From assembly GCA_965612865.1 (NCBI GenBank), contig CBFDTJ010000006.1, forward strand, positions 1-38,449: a stretch of DNA of 38,449 nucleotides. The letters run 5' to 3'. Of this stretch, positions 1-9,517 are shown in pieces. A model generated the notes under the pieces. It was not told where the DNA came from and did no database searches. It saw only the letters and a list, made by a program, of their open reading frames with translations. Source of the stretch: an uncultured bacterium (GTDB lineage Bacteria; Caldisericota; Caldisericia; B22-G15). Numbering within the stretch: position 1 is the stretch's first letter; each line of letters begins with the position of its first letter. A program made the translations under genes and the position numbers.

Positions 1-71
1 TTTTTCAAGCAGAAGACGGCATACGAGATCATGCCTAGTCTCGTGGGCTCGGAGATGTGTATAAGAGACAG
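1..71 (+). other. Sequencing artefact: Illumina P7 + i7 index + Nextera read-2 adapter/mosaic end
   Basis: CAAGCAGAAGACGGCATACGAGAT (6-29), index CATGCCTA (30-37), GTCTCGTGGGCTCGG (38-52), AGATGTGTATAAGAGACAG (53-71). Confidence 0.99.
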
Positions 72-608
72 ACACTTTCCAGCATTCTCCTCCATAAGTC
101 TAATATATAGTCTGTAAAAAGGATTCTCTTCTATTTCCTCTTCCTTCTCTTTTACATGCTCACATTCTCCATAATTAAGGTTCTTTCCACAAACAGGGCA
201 CAGACCCTTACAGTCAGGTTTACAAAGAGGGTAGGGAGGAATAGATACAAGTATATTCTGTCTTATCATCTCTTTTACATTTATTTCATCTCCATGATAA
301 TAAAAAGTTGATAACTCCTCCTCGGTTAATTTGATTTTCTCATCAAAATGATGGGGTTTTTTTGTATACATCTCGTCTATGGTTCCAGTTAGTTCATAAT
401 CAAAGAATTCGAGACAACGTCTGCATCTTAACTTTAATTTTACTCTGTATGTGCCTGTTATTTTAAAACCAACACCTCTATTCTCTATTACGAGATCAGC
501 TTCTACTGGGGAGAGAACCTCTATGCCACCTATCTCTTTAAATTTAAATTCTAAAGAAACCTTCTTTTTTAAACCGGTTTCTCTTTTTAAATCTCTAATA
601 CTGATCAA
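72..608 (-). CDS. yceD: YceD/DUF177 family protein (23S rRNA accumulation), 3'-truncated by the adapter; missing from the ORF track
   Basis: Manual translation from TTG at 608 (GAGG upstream): MISIRDLKRETG...LRCRRCLE...IRQNILVSIPPYPLCKPDCKGLCPVCGKNLNYGEC; runs into the adapter without a stop; typical position downstream of coaD. Confidence 0.88.
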
Positions 609-1068
609 TATCTTCTTCCTCTATGGATTCTTCTGAAAGAGCCTCTATTCCTTCATCTATAACCTTTCTTGCCTTAAGAAGGAATGTATCTGTCTTTAAT
701 AAAAGCTCTCTAACAAAATTCTTGGCATCCTCCTTCATCTTTTCTGCTTCTTCTCTGGCTTCCTTCAATAACTTATCTGCCTCCTCTCTTGCCTCAAGGT
801 ATATCTCTGATTTCTGAATGAGTTTCTTCTTGTCATCCTCTGCGCTTTCTACAATCCTTCTGGCTCTCTCCTTGGCATTACTGATAATTTCCTCTTTCTC
901 CTTTAAAATACTCCTTGCCTTTTCAAACTCAACAGGAAAAGCTTTCTCGATTTCCTCAATGATGGATATTATCCTTTTTTCATCTACCATAATCATGTTG
1001 GAAAAAGGAACAGGTTTTCCTTTTTCCACAACATTCTTAAGATTCTTAAGCAGGGCTATTACATTCAT
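595..1068 (-). CDS. Coiled-coil DivIVA/SepIVA-like protein (conserved gene between coaD and yceD)
   Basis: N-terminal VEKGKPVPFSNMIMVD...IEKAFPVEF then long A/E/K heptad coiled coil; rsmD-coaD-X-yceD synteny. Confidence 0.7.
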   Translation of the reverse strand: MNVIALLKNLKNVVEKGKPVPFSNMIMVDEKRIISIIEEIEKAFPVEFEKARSILKEKEEIISNAKERARRIVESAEDDKKKLIQKSEIYLEAREEADKLLKEAREEAEKMKEDAKNFVRELLLKTDTFLLKARKVIDEGIEALSEESIEEEDIDQY

Positions 1069-1543
1069 TTTTTATCTCCTCTATCACTTTTTTAACCTCC
1101 AGGGGTACAAACTTCTCAATGTTTCCATTGTTAGCAATTATATCCCTCACAAGACTCGAGGATATAAGTGTATATCTTACATCGCTCATTATGCACACTG
1201 TTTCCATTTCTGGATACAAAAGCCTATTTGCAGAAGACATCTGAAACTCATAATCAAAATCTGATGTAACCCTCAAACCCCTTAGGACAATCCTAAGACC
1301 CTTTCTCTTTAAGTAATCAACAAGAAGACCTGTTAGAGTATCTACTTGTACACCAGGAATATCTTTCGTCATTTCTACAACCATTCTTTTTCTATCCTCC
1401 ATGGTGAATAAATACTTTTTGCTTTCACTCTCTGCAATAAGAACAACTATTTTGTCAAAAATTTTGAGACCTCTCTTTATAACATCAAGATGACCAAGAG
1501 TTGGGGGATCAAAGCTTCCAGGATAAACTGCAATTTTTTCCAT
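1046..1543 (-). CDS. coaD: Phosphopantetheine adenylyltransferase
   Basis: YPGSFDPPTLGHLD, RGLR..SDFDYE, ISSSLVR motifs. Confidence 0.97.
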   Translation of the reverse strand: MEKIAVYPGSFDPPTLGHLDVIKRGLKIFDKIVVLIAESESKKYLFTMEDRKRMVVEMTKDIPGVQVDTLTGLLVDYLKRKGLRIVLRGLRVTSDFDYEFQMSSANRLLYPEMETVCIMSDVRYTLISSSLVRDIIANNGNIEKFVPLEVKKVIEEIKNECNSPA

Positions 1544-2083
1544 CTAACCTCTCCTCAAAAAGTCAATAAAAGTCTCACCAATCCTTAATGTTTTATATCT
1601 TGAAAAATAGTATTCAATTTCTTCTCTCTTAGAGCGCTCATAAATAATAATGGTTTCATCTTTAATAATATTACTATTTGAAAGAATTTCAAGTGTTTTC
1701 TTTCCAAGATTCCTTCCATAGGGAGGATCAAGAAAAATAAAATCTGGTTTTGGTTCTACGCTAAGTTTTAGAAATTTGAATACATCCATTTTAAATATCT
1801 TAAATTTCTCTTTATTAACCTTTATAATAGAGAGATTCTTCCTTATAACATTTATCGCATCAAATCTTTTCTCAACAAAAATGACAAACTTAGCCCCCAT
1901 AGAGATAGCTTCAATTCCCACTGAACCGCTCCCGGCGAAAAGATCCCAGAAAATTTTATCTTCAATAGTGCCCCTTAATGAGTTAAAAAGCGACTCTCTA
2001 ACCCTGTCAAGACTCATTCTTGTTCTTTTATCTTTCACTTCAAACAATCTGATACCTGAGAACTCTCCAGATGTTATTCTCAT
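1544..2083 (-). CDS. rsmD: 16S rRNA m2G966 methyltransferase
   Basis: MRITSGEF, VRESLFN, DLFAGSGSVGIEA, FLDPPY; recG-rsmD-coaD order. Confidence 0.93.
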   Translation of the reverse strand: MRITSGEFSGIRLFEVKDKRTRMSLDRVRESLFNSLRGTIEDKIFWDLFAGSGSVGIEAISMGAKFVIFVEKRFDAINVIRKNLSIIKVNKEKFKIFKMDVFKFLKLSVEPKPDFIFLDPPYGRNLGKKTLEILSNSNIIKDETIIIYERSKREEIEYYFSRYKTLRIGETFIDFLRRG

Positions 2084-4365
2084 GAGATATCAAGATATTT
2101 AAGTGGTTTAAATCTAAAAATAAGTTCCTTTAGTAGGAGAGGGTAGTCGGAAATTTTCTCTCTTTTCAAAAACTCTTCTGCGTCTTTCTTTGCCATCTCA
2201 AGAATTTTTATATCATCCTCTCTTAGTAGATTGGCCATTTTAAACTCAGATACCCCATGTTGTCTCTCTCCTCCAAGCTCCCCTGTTCCTCTAAATTTTA
2301 AGTCCCATTCTGATACCTTAAGCCCTGAATTGGTCCTCTCAAGTATTCTTAATCTCTTTAGGGTATCCTCATCATATCTGGACGTGATAAGAAGGCAATA
2401 TGACTCCTTCTCTCCTCTTCCAACCCTTCCCCTCAACTGGTGGAGCTGGAGAAGACCAAATCTGTTTGCATCTTCAATAAGTATAACTGTGGCTTCAGGA
2501 ACATCTATTCCCACCTCTATTATACTTGTGGAGACAAGTATCTGGGTATCACCAGTTCTAAAGTCTCCTATTATTCTCTCCTTCTCTTCGCTCTTCATCT
2601 TACCATGGAGAAGAGAAACCTTAAATCCTTTAAAAATCTTTTTAAATTCCTCATACTTCTTCTTTGCAGAGGCAACATCCATTTTTTCACTTTCCTCTAT
2701 AAATGGACAAACAATGTATATCTTTTCACCTTCAATAAGTCTCTTCCTTACAAGTTCATAAGCTTTTTCTCTCATATTCCCGGGGAAGACATAAGTTTTT
2801 ACAGGCTTTCTACCTGGAGGAAGTTCCCCTATAAATGAGATATCTAAATCACCATAGAGGGAAAGGGCAAGAGTTCTTGGGATAGGTGTGGCTGAAAGGA
2901 CAAGGGTATGTGGAAATTCTCCTTTTTTGACAAGTTCTGCTCTCTGAAGAACTCCAAATCTATGCTGCTCATCCACAGAAACAAAGGCTAAATTTTTAAA
3001 TACCACATCCTCCTCTAAAAGAGCATGTGTTCCAACAACTATCTGAATGTTTCCCCTGGAAATCTCTTCCTTTATCTTTGTTTTGTTCTTTGTACTTCTG
3101 GTAAGTACTTCAACTCTGATATTAAATGGGGAAAGGAATTTCTTTATAACTTCTCCAGTCTGATTTGCAAGTATTTCTGTAGGAGACATGATGGCTCCCT
3201 GATATCCATTCATTGCTGTAAGATACAGAAAATATGCAACAACAACAGTCTTTCCACTTCCAACTTCACCATGTAGAAGCCTGTTCATCACTTTTCCACT
3301 TGTAAGATCTTCCTCTATTTCTCTTATAACTTTCAGTTGACCTTTTGTAAGAGAGAAGGGTAGAGAGGAGAGAAATTTTTCTCTTAAATCCTTAACTTTA
3401 CTATAAACCCTCCCCTTTTTTTCTTTTATTTTCCTTTTTCTTAAGAGCAGAAAAAGCTGAAAAAGAAACAGCTCTTCATATATAAGTCTTTTTTGAGACA
3501 GATTAAGGAGTTTCTTATTCTTTGGAAAGTGTATATTGTAAAGGGATGGTTTTATATCTAAAAGACTCCTTTTCCTTAAAATGGTTTTTGGAAGAGGATC
3601 AAAAATGAGAGGAGCTTCAATTTTAAGAGCTTCTTCTACGTACCTGGATATCATTTTTGATGAAAGTCCCCTTGTCTGAGAATAAATAGGAATTATTTTT
3701 TCACCACTACTATTCTTGACACCTCTTAGTTCCTCAAATTCAGGATTCTCTATCTGCCACTCACCGAAATTATACTTTACTTTACCCATGAGGAGGTATC
3801 TTTTCCCTCTCTTAAAAAACTTTGCTAAATAGGGTTGATTAAACCACACACCATTTATTGAACCAGTTCCATCAAAGAATCTCACCTTTAATATATCTAT
3901 ACCCTTTCTCCTTGAAATATTATGGGATACAGAAACAACTTCACCCTGTATTTGCACTGACTCACCATTTTTAACTCTCCCAATTGAAGTAAGTTTCCCA
4001 AAATCTATATATCTACGAGGAAAAAAATAGATGAGATCGTAAAGTGTGTATAAACCCAATTTTTCTAAGATATTTCTTCTCTTATCTCCAACACCGGGAA
4101 GTTTCTCAAGACCCACATTTCTCAATTTGTAAATTTCATCAAGGATTATATTAATAATCTCCTTTATCGCTCTTTCTCTTTTTTCTCTGTCAAAATCCTC
4201 GTATCTAATCATTAACTCTTCAATTCTTTTGATATTCAATCCTAAATTCTCAAGAAACGCAAGTTCCTTTAAGATAAAATTGGAAAAACCCCTTATCACA
4301 GATTTATTGTCAAAACCCCTCTTTTTCTCAAGAAGTATTGAATCTATTATCCTCTCTATCTCCAT
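2080..4365 (-). CDS. recG: ATP-dependent DNA helicase RecG
   Basis: Wedge OB fold (WFNQPY), RLLHGEVGSGKT, DEQHRFG, SATPIPRTL, QLRGRVGRG, DLKFRGTGE. Confidence 0.97.
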   Translation of the reverse strand: MEIERIIDSILLEKKRGFDNKSVIRGFSNFILKELAFLENLGLNIKRIEELMIRYEDFDREKRERAIKEIINIILDEIYKLRNVGLEKLPGVGDKRRNILEKLGLYTLYDLIYFFPRRYIDFGKLTSIGRVKNGESVQIQGEVVSVSHNISRRKGIDILKVRFFDGTGSINGVWFNQPYLAKFFKRGKRYLLMGKVKYNFGEWQIENPEFEELRGVKNSSGEKIIPIYSQTRGLSSKMISRYVEEALKIEAPLIFDPLPKTILRKRSLLDIKPSLYNIHFPKNKKLLNLSQKRLIYEELFLFQLFLLLRKRKIKEKKGRVYSKVKDLREKFLSSLPFSLTKGQLKVIREIEEDLTSGKVMNRLLHGEVGSGKTVVVAYFLYLTAMNGYQGAIMSPTEILANQTGEVIKKFLSPFNIRVEVLTRSTKNKTKIKEEISRGNIQIVVGTHALLEEDVVFKNLAFVSVDEQHRFGVLQRAELVKKGEFPHTLVLSATPIPRTLALSLYGDLDISFIGELPPGRKPVKTYVFPGNMREKAYELVRKRLIEGEKIYIVCPFIEESEKMDVASAKKKYEEFKKIFKGFKVSLLHGKMKSEEKERIIGDFRTGDTQILVSTSIIEVGIDVPEATVILIEDANRFGLLQLHQLRGRVGRGEKESYCLLITSRYDEDTLKRLRILERTNSGLKVSEWDLKFRGTGELGGERQHGVSEFKMANLLREDDIKILEMAKKDAEEFLKREKISDYPLLLKELIFRFKPLKYLDIS

Positions 4366-5372
4366 TTCACCCTCATATATACATTTCCTGGAAAACTCTT
4401 TACAACTCCCTTCTCCTCGAGGGAAATAAGTATAGGTAAAAGGGATGGATCCTCAAGGAAGTTGTCTACATATGTGGGAGTATCAGGTATTCTATATAGA
4501 AGAGCCTTTTCCTCCTCGGTAAGATGCACCTCTTTGGACTCTTTTTCTTCAATACCAAGAAACTTGATTAAATCTGAGAAATCAACAAGAATTTGCGCAC
4601 CGTCTCTTATCAACATATGAACACCACGGGATTTCTCAGAGTAAAATGGACCGGGAATAGCAAAAACTTCTCTTCCCTGTTCCAGTGCAAATGATACAGT
4701 TATAAGAGCACCACTCTTCTCTGGAGCCTCAACCACCACCACTGCTTTTGATAATCCACTTATTATTCTGTTTCTCTCTGGAAACCTAAATTTCAAGGGA
4801 GGAGTATCTGGTGGATATTCAGATATAAGAGCGCCATTTTTTACTATCCTTTCTGCCAGACCTCTATTAAGGGAAGGGTAAATATAGTTCACACCACTGC
4901 CAAGTATAGCATAGGTAAAACCTGATCCCTTCAATGCTCCCTTGTGTGCTGCTGAATCAATTCCATAGGCAAGACCACTTATAACTGTAATTTTATGATT
5001 GGATAGGAACTCCCCGAGCTCCTCTGCTATTCTTTTTCCATACGAGGAGCATCTTCTTGTACCTACTATAGAAACACCTAAAAAATCTTTTTTAAAACTT
5101 CCCTTAACAAACAAACCAAGAGGCGGATCTGGAATTTTTTTAAGTATCTCTGGATACTCTTCATCAAGAAATGTTATAAATTCTATCCCTTCTTTTTTAT
5201 AAAAGGATAGCTCTTCTCTCTCCTTTTTAAAATTACCATTAAGCTCAAGTTCGTTAAGTTTATCGTTTATTAGATAGTCCCATTTTTTTCTTCTCGATAT
5301 GGGAATCTTAAGTATCTTTAAAAAAACCTCTTTTTTACCAAATTTTTCTGTTAAATTCCTTAATTCCTTCAT
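4356..5372 (-). CDS. dprA: DNA-processing protein DprA/Smf (start taken at ATG 5372; ORF track start 5396)
   Basis: YPEILKKIPDPP, IVGTR, ISGLAYGIDSAAH, FPERNRIISGLS, VVEA..KSGALIT. Confidence 0.94.
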   Translation of the reverse strand: MKELRNLTEKFGKKEVFLKILKIPISRRKKWDYLINDKLNELELNGNFKKEREELSFYKKEGIEFITFLDEEYPEILKKIPDPPLGLFVKGSFKKDFLGVSIVGTRRCSSYGKRIAEELGEFLSNHKITVISGLAYGIDSAAHKGALKGSGFTYAILGSGVNYIYPSLNRGLAERIVKNGALISEYPPDTPPLKFRFPERNRIISGLSKAVVVVEAPEKSGALITVSFALEQGREVFAIPGPFYSEKSRGVHMLIRDGAQILVDFSDLIKFLGIEEKESKEVHLTEEEKALLYRIPDTPTYVDNFLEDPSLLPILISLEEKGVVKSFPGNVYMRVKWR

Positions 5373-6180
5373 AAAACAGGCCTCTCTCCGCCTCAAAAAG
5401 CATTTCCTTTAAGGAAAGATAGGAAGCAAAGGTTTTCAAAATAATACCATTTTCTTCAAAAATAGAAACAACTGGGTAAAACCTCTCCTTCCAGTCAAGA
5501 AATCTAAAGGGATGGTGTTCCATAACCCAGAGTGTTTCTTTAAATTTATGAATGATTCTTGAAAGATTCACAACAGACAGGGGCAGAGTCTCTTCTGTTG
5601 GTCCATCAAAAAAGACAACATCTGGAGATACATCAACAAGAAACTCTATCTGATTTTCCTCTGGAAACCCCTGGATATCTGAGGAATATAAGAATTTAAC
5701 ATCCTCTTTAATAAGGATTGAAACAACTCCTCCCATCTTTTTACTTATTCCATGTGTAAGAAGAGGAGAAAATATAATCTCTGTATTTCCAAATCTAAAC
5801 TCTCCAGTAGCATAATGTATGTTCGCTATACTGGATATAGATTTAAGAAGTTCTCTTGCTCTCCTTTTTTGATTGTTGCTTATAAAATTTTCTGGATCCT
5901 TTATAAAAACTTCCTTTCCTTTATACAATGAAGAATCCATGCTAAAGTGGTCATTGTGATAGTGGGTGATAATAACTACATGGGCTCTTTTACTTGCCTT
6001 TCTAATACTTTCCTTTACATTAAACAAGGCTCTTAATTCAAAAGGAGTCGGAGGAAAGGAGTGAATAATAGATACAACTGAAAGCCCTGGATCAATAAGG
6101 ATACATGCATCCTTTGTTTCAACAAAGGTAGCCATACTTCTTACACCCAGTGTTTCCCCTCCCAGAGGAACTATTTTCAC
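5335..6180 (-). CDS. Metallo-beta-lactamase-fold hydrolase, UPF0282/COG2248-like
   Basis: N-terminal PLGGETLGVRSMATFVET...LIDPG, THYHNDH metal motif, SDIQG, EHH. Confidence 0.8.
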   Translation of the reverse strand: MKIVPLGGETLGVRSMATFVETKDACILIDPGLSVVSIIHSFPPTPFELRALFNVKESIRKASKRAHVVIITHYHNDHFSMDSSLYKGKEVFIKDPENFISNNQKRRARELLKSISSIANIHYATGEFRFGNTEIIFSPLLTHGISKKMGGVVSILIKEDVKFLYSSDIQGFPEENQIEFLVDVSPDVVFFDGPTEETLPLSVVNLSRIIHKFKETLWVMEHHPFRFLDWKERFYPVVSIFEENGIILKTFASYLSLKEMLFEAERGLFYEGIKEFNRKIW

Positions 6181-7415
6181 AATTTCCTCCCAAAGAGTTC
6201 TCTTATGTTTGCATCGTAAATTTTAACTTTCATCAATTTTCCTGCACTCTCTTTCTCCACATCCTCTATGATAACCACCCTTCCCCCTTTCTCTTTCCCT
6301 ATGCCCTTACCATCCTTAACATTTTCTACAAGAACCTCTACTTCCTTTCCAATAAAACTTTTATATCTTTTCAAAGTAATCTTATCCTGAACTTCAATTA
6401 AAAATTTGAGTCTATTCAATTTTTCTTCATGACTTACTGTATCTGAAATATTGTAATAGGAGGTGTTTGGTCTCTTTGAATACATAAACATAAAAGCTCT
6501 ATCAAATTCAACATCTTTAACCAAATCTATTGTATCCATAAAATCTTTTTCCTCTTCTCCCGGGAAACCAACCATTATATCAGTGGAGAGCATGGCATCA
6601 GGGAAGACCTTTCTAACCTTTTCGACAAGTTCTCTAAATTTCTCTCTTGTATAGCCTCTTCTCATAAGCTTGAGAACCTTATTTGAACCACTTTGAAGCG
6701 GAAGATGAAACATAGAAAGAAGGTTTGGAATACTTTTCATTTCATCTATCCACTCAAGCTTAAAATTCTTTGGATGTGATGTGAGAAATCCAACCCTTAT
6801 AAAACCAACTTCTGAAATTCTCTTAACTACTTCTATAAAACCTCCTTTAAGCCCTAGATCCTTTCCATAATCATTAACATTTTGACCAATAAGAATTATC
6901 TCTCTTGTTCCCGAATCAAAAAGGAATTTAGCTTCCTTAATAACCCTCTCTAAAGGTTTACTTTTCTCTCTACCTCTGGCGTAAGGAACAATACAATAAG
7001 AACAGAAATGGTCACAACCGTATATTATTGGTAAATAGGCTGAAATTCTTTTTAGTTTTTTTCTCTTAACATTTTCTCTTATAGAAGAAGCAATATCTTG
7101 AAGCTCCTCTTCTCTATCATAAAGACCAACAAGATATGGATTAAACCTTCTTTTTATGTTTTCCTTGTCCACCTGCGCAAGACAACCTATAACATATACC
7201 TTTGCATCTTTTTTCTTTACCTTGTTCACATAACCAATAAAGGAGTATATTTTGTGTCTTACCTTCTCTCTGACATCACAGGTGTTTATGAAAATAAAAT
7301 CAGCTTCCTTTGGATTGTCTGTCTCAGATAGAGAAGAAAGGAGAAGTGAGCGGAGATAGTCTGAGGTGTAGACATTCATCTGACAGCCGAAGGTCTTAAT
7401 AAAGAATTTACTCAC
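6177..7415 (-). CDS. miaB: tRNA methylthiotransferase MiaB (radical SAM)
   Basis: TFGCQMN, NTCDVREK, GCDHFCSYCIVPYARGRE, HLPLQSGS, DIMVGFPGE, C-terminal TRAM-like region. Confidence 0.88.
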   Translation of the reverse strand: MSKFFIKTFGCQMNVYTSDYLRSLLLSSLSETDNPKEADFIFINTCDVREKVRHKIYSFIGYVNKVKKKDAKVYVIGCLAQVDKENIKRRFNPYLVGLYDREEELQDIASSIRENVKRKKLKRISAYLPIIYGCDHFCSYCIVPYARGREKSKPLERVIKEAKFLFDSGTREIILIGQNVNDYGKDLGLKGGFIEVVKRISEVGFIRVGFLTSHPKNFKLEWIDEMKSIPNLLSMFHLPLQSGSNKVLKLMRRGYTREKFRELVEKVRKVFPDAMLSTDIMVGFPGEEEKDFMDTIDLVKDVEFDRAFMFMYSKRPNTSYYNISDTVSHEEKLNRLKFLIEVQDKITLKRYKSFIGKEVEVLVENVKDGKGIGKEKGGRVVIIEDVEKESAGKLMKVKIYDANIRELFGRKL

Positions 7416-8727
7416 TTCCCCTTTTTAAGTATTTATCTATTAAAGCTTTAGCATCTTCCTTTGTTTTTATTTTCTCAAGAATTTGATGTGCCTTTAAGTA
7501 CATAAGGAGATCTCCAACAAATGGGGAGGGTGTCAATCCATACTCCTTTACTATCTCTTTTCCTGAGATTACAAGAGACTTAAATCTATTCTTCACAAAT
7601 AGGCCTATAAAATCTAAAACTTCTTTCTTCGGGAATTTCCTTAAAGACTTAAATGTGAAGTAAAGAAGGAGGTATGCCTCTATGGTTTCTTTCTTATATG
7701 TTCTAAAGAATGTTCCAATAAAATCAACAGCAAGGATATCCTGATCCTCTTCATAACTATTTTTGAGATATTTGTAGGCAAAAATCACATTTTGAACTTT
7801 CGTACATATTCTTAGTGAAGCAGCAAATCTTCTTCTTATAAACAGCGCTGGTGTTTCTTCTCCAAATGTAAGCACTGCAAGTTTAAATGTTTGAAGGTGG
7901 GTTATTTCTTTTCCAACAGGTTCATTCCAGAAATTTACAAAAACTTCTCTAATCTCTTCTCTCTTAAATAACTTTTCTGGCTTCTCTATAGATTCCTTTA
8001 GATTCTTTAAAGCCATATCCATAAAATCAAAATTCACGTGAGGGAAGATTACGTTTAGAACCTTTGCCTCATAGAGGTCATAAAGAATATCATTATCCAT
8101 AAGAAGTATTCTAAAGAACTCATCCTGCATTCTTTCTGGTGTAACTTTCTCAAGGAGATTTTTATCTACTAATAGAGTTTTAAGGGTTTCATCCTCAATC
8201 TTAAAACCCAAAGAATGTTTGAATCTAAAAGCTCTCAAAATCCTTATAGGGTCTTTTTCATAAATATCATCTTTTACCTGTCTTATAATTTTTTTCTTTA
8301 AATCATCAAGACCCCCAAATAGATCAATAAAGAAGTCATCTTCATCTTTAAAAAGCTTCGTTAGATTGATGGCCATAGAATTGATTGTAAAGTCTCTACG
8401 CTCCAGTTCCTCCTTTAAGTTATCTTCATTGGCAAAGGAGACATCAATTCTTCTTCCTTCACTTAATATCATAACCCTTGCATATATTTCTCTCTTTCTC
8501 AAATAAAAAACACTCCCATTCAAAAAATGCGCAAGGGCCTTTACTATACTTGTTGGCGCATCAATAACTATATCAATATCGTTACTCTCCTTCCCAAGAA
8601 GGAGATCTCTTACAAAACCACCTACAAGATAAACAGTAATATTATTAAGTGAAAAAAACAGATTCAAGGACTTTAATAATTTGTCCTCTTTAATTCTCTC
8701 TTTAATCTCTTTAAGTTTCTTTTCCAT
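7408..8727 (-). CDS. Class II tRNA nucleotidyltransferase/poly(A) polymerase family, probably CC-adding type
   Basis: LVGGFVRD..DIDI (motif A), RRDFTINSMA (B), DLFGGLDDL (C), KDPIRILRAFRF (D), ERMQDE (E); short loop before RRD. Confidence 0.85.
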   Translation of the reverse strand: MEKKLKEIKERIKEDKLLKSLNLFFSLNNITVYLVGGFVRDLLLGKESNDIDIVIDAPTSIVKALAHFLNGSVFYLRKREIYARVMILSEGRRIDVSFANEDNLKEELERRDFTINSMAINLTKLFKDEDDFFIDLFGGLDDLKKKIIRQVKDDIYEKDPIRILRAFRFKHSLGFKIEDETLKTLLVDKNLLEKVTPERMQDEFFRILLMDNDILYDLYEAKVLNVIFPHVNFDFMDMALKNLKESIEKPEKLFKREEIREVFVNFWNEPVGKEITHLQTFKLAVLTFGEETPALFIRRRFAASLRICTKVQNVIFAYKYLKNSYEEDQDILAVDFIGTFFRTYKKETIEAYLLLYFTFKSLRKFPKKEVLDFIGLFVKNRFKSLVISGKEIVKEYGLTPSPFVGDLLMYLKAHQILEKIKTKEDAKALIDKYLKRGSE

Positions 8728-9517
8728 TGTTTACCCCCTCTTCAAGGTTTTTATTAAATCTCTCTATCTTCAAAGTTTTACCACTTTTCTCATCAACTTC
8801 AATAATAACAGAATTTAATCTTAAATCTCCCGTTGCCTGTCTAAATTTTGTAGGCAATCTTTTAATTATTTTTTCCATAGCATCTTCCTTTCTTACACCC
8901 AGAACAGAATCGAAACTACCAGTCATTCCAACATCTGTAATGTACGCAGTTCCTTTCAATGATACCACTTCATCAGCAGTTTGTATATGGGTATGGGTAC
9001 CGAAAACTGCACTAACTCTTCCATCGAGGTAGAAAAACATAGCTTTCTTTTCACTGGTAGCCTCTGCATGAAAATCAACAATTTTTATTTTAACATTTTT
9101 CATTTTATCAAGAACTTCGTCAGCTTTTCTAAAGGGGCAGTCTATTGGATCCATGAATACTCTACCCTGGAGATTTATTATACCAATATCAATCCCATTA
9201 ACTCTTACTAAAGTATATCCATCACCAGGAGTATCTGGAGGATAATTTGCTGGTCTTAAAACTTTTCCTTTAAAATTCTCAAAGACCTCCCTGTACTCCT
9301 TGTTATCCCATATATGGTTCCCACCTGTACCTACATCTATACCACTCCTTACAATCTCCTCAAAGGTCTTTATTGTAATACCGAAACCACCTGCAAGATT
9401 CTCTACATTGGCAATTACAAAATCAATTCTTTTCTTATCAATTATCTCCGGGAGCAGGGTCTTTATAACCCTCCTCCCTCCTTTTCCAACAATATCCCCT
9501 ATAAATATTATTTTCAC
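8711..9517 (-). CDS. ymdB: YmdB/TIGR00282 2',3'-cyclic-nucleotide phosphodiesterase
   Basis: GDIVG, NVEN.AGG, GNHIWD, DFHAEATSEK, GTHTH, TDVGMTG; directly after rny. Confidence 0.94.
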   Translation of the reverse strand: MKIIFIGDIVGKGGRRVIKTLLPEIIDKKRIDFVIANVENLAGGFGITIKTFEEIVRSGIDVGTGGNHIWDNKEYREVFENFKGKVLRPANYPPDTPGDGYTLVRVNGIDIGIINLQGRVFMDPIDCPFRKADEVLDKMKNVKIKIVDFHAEATSEKKAMFFYLDGRVSAVFGTHTHIQTADEVVSLKGTAYITDVGMTGSFDSVLGVRKEDAMEKIIKRLPTKFRQATGDLRLNSVIIEVDEKSGKTLKIERFNKNLEEGVNNGKET

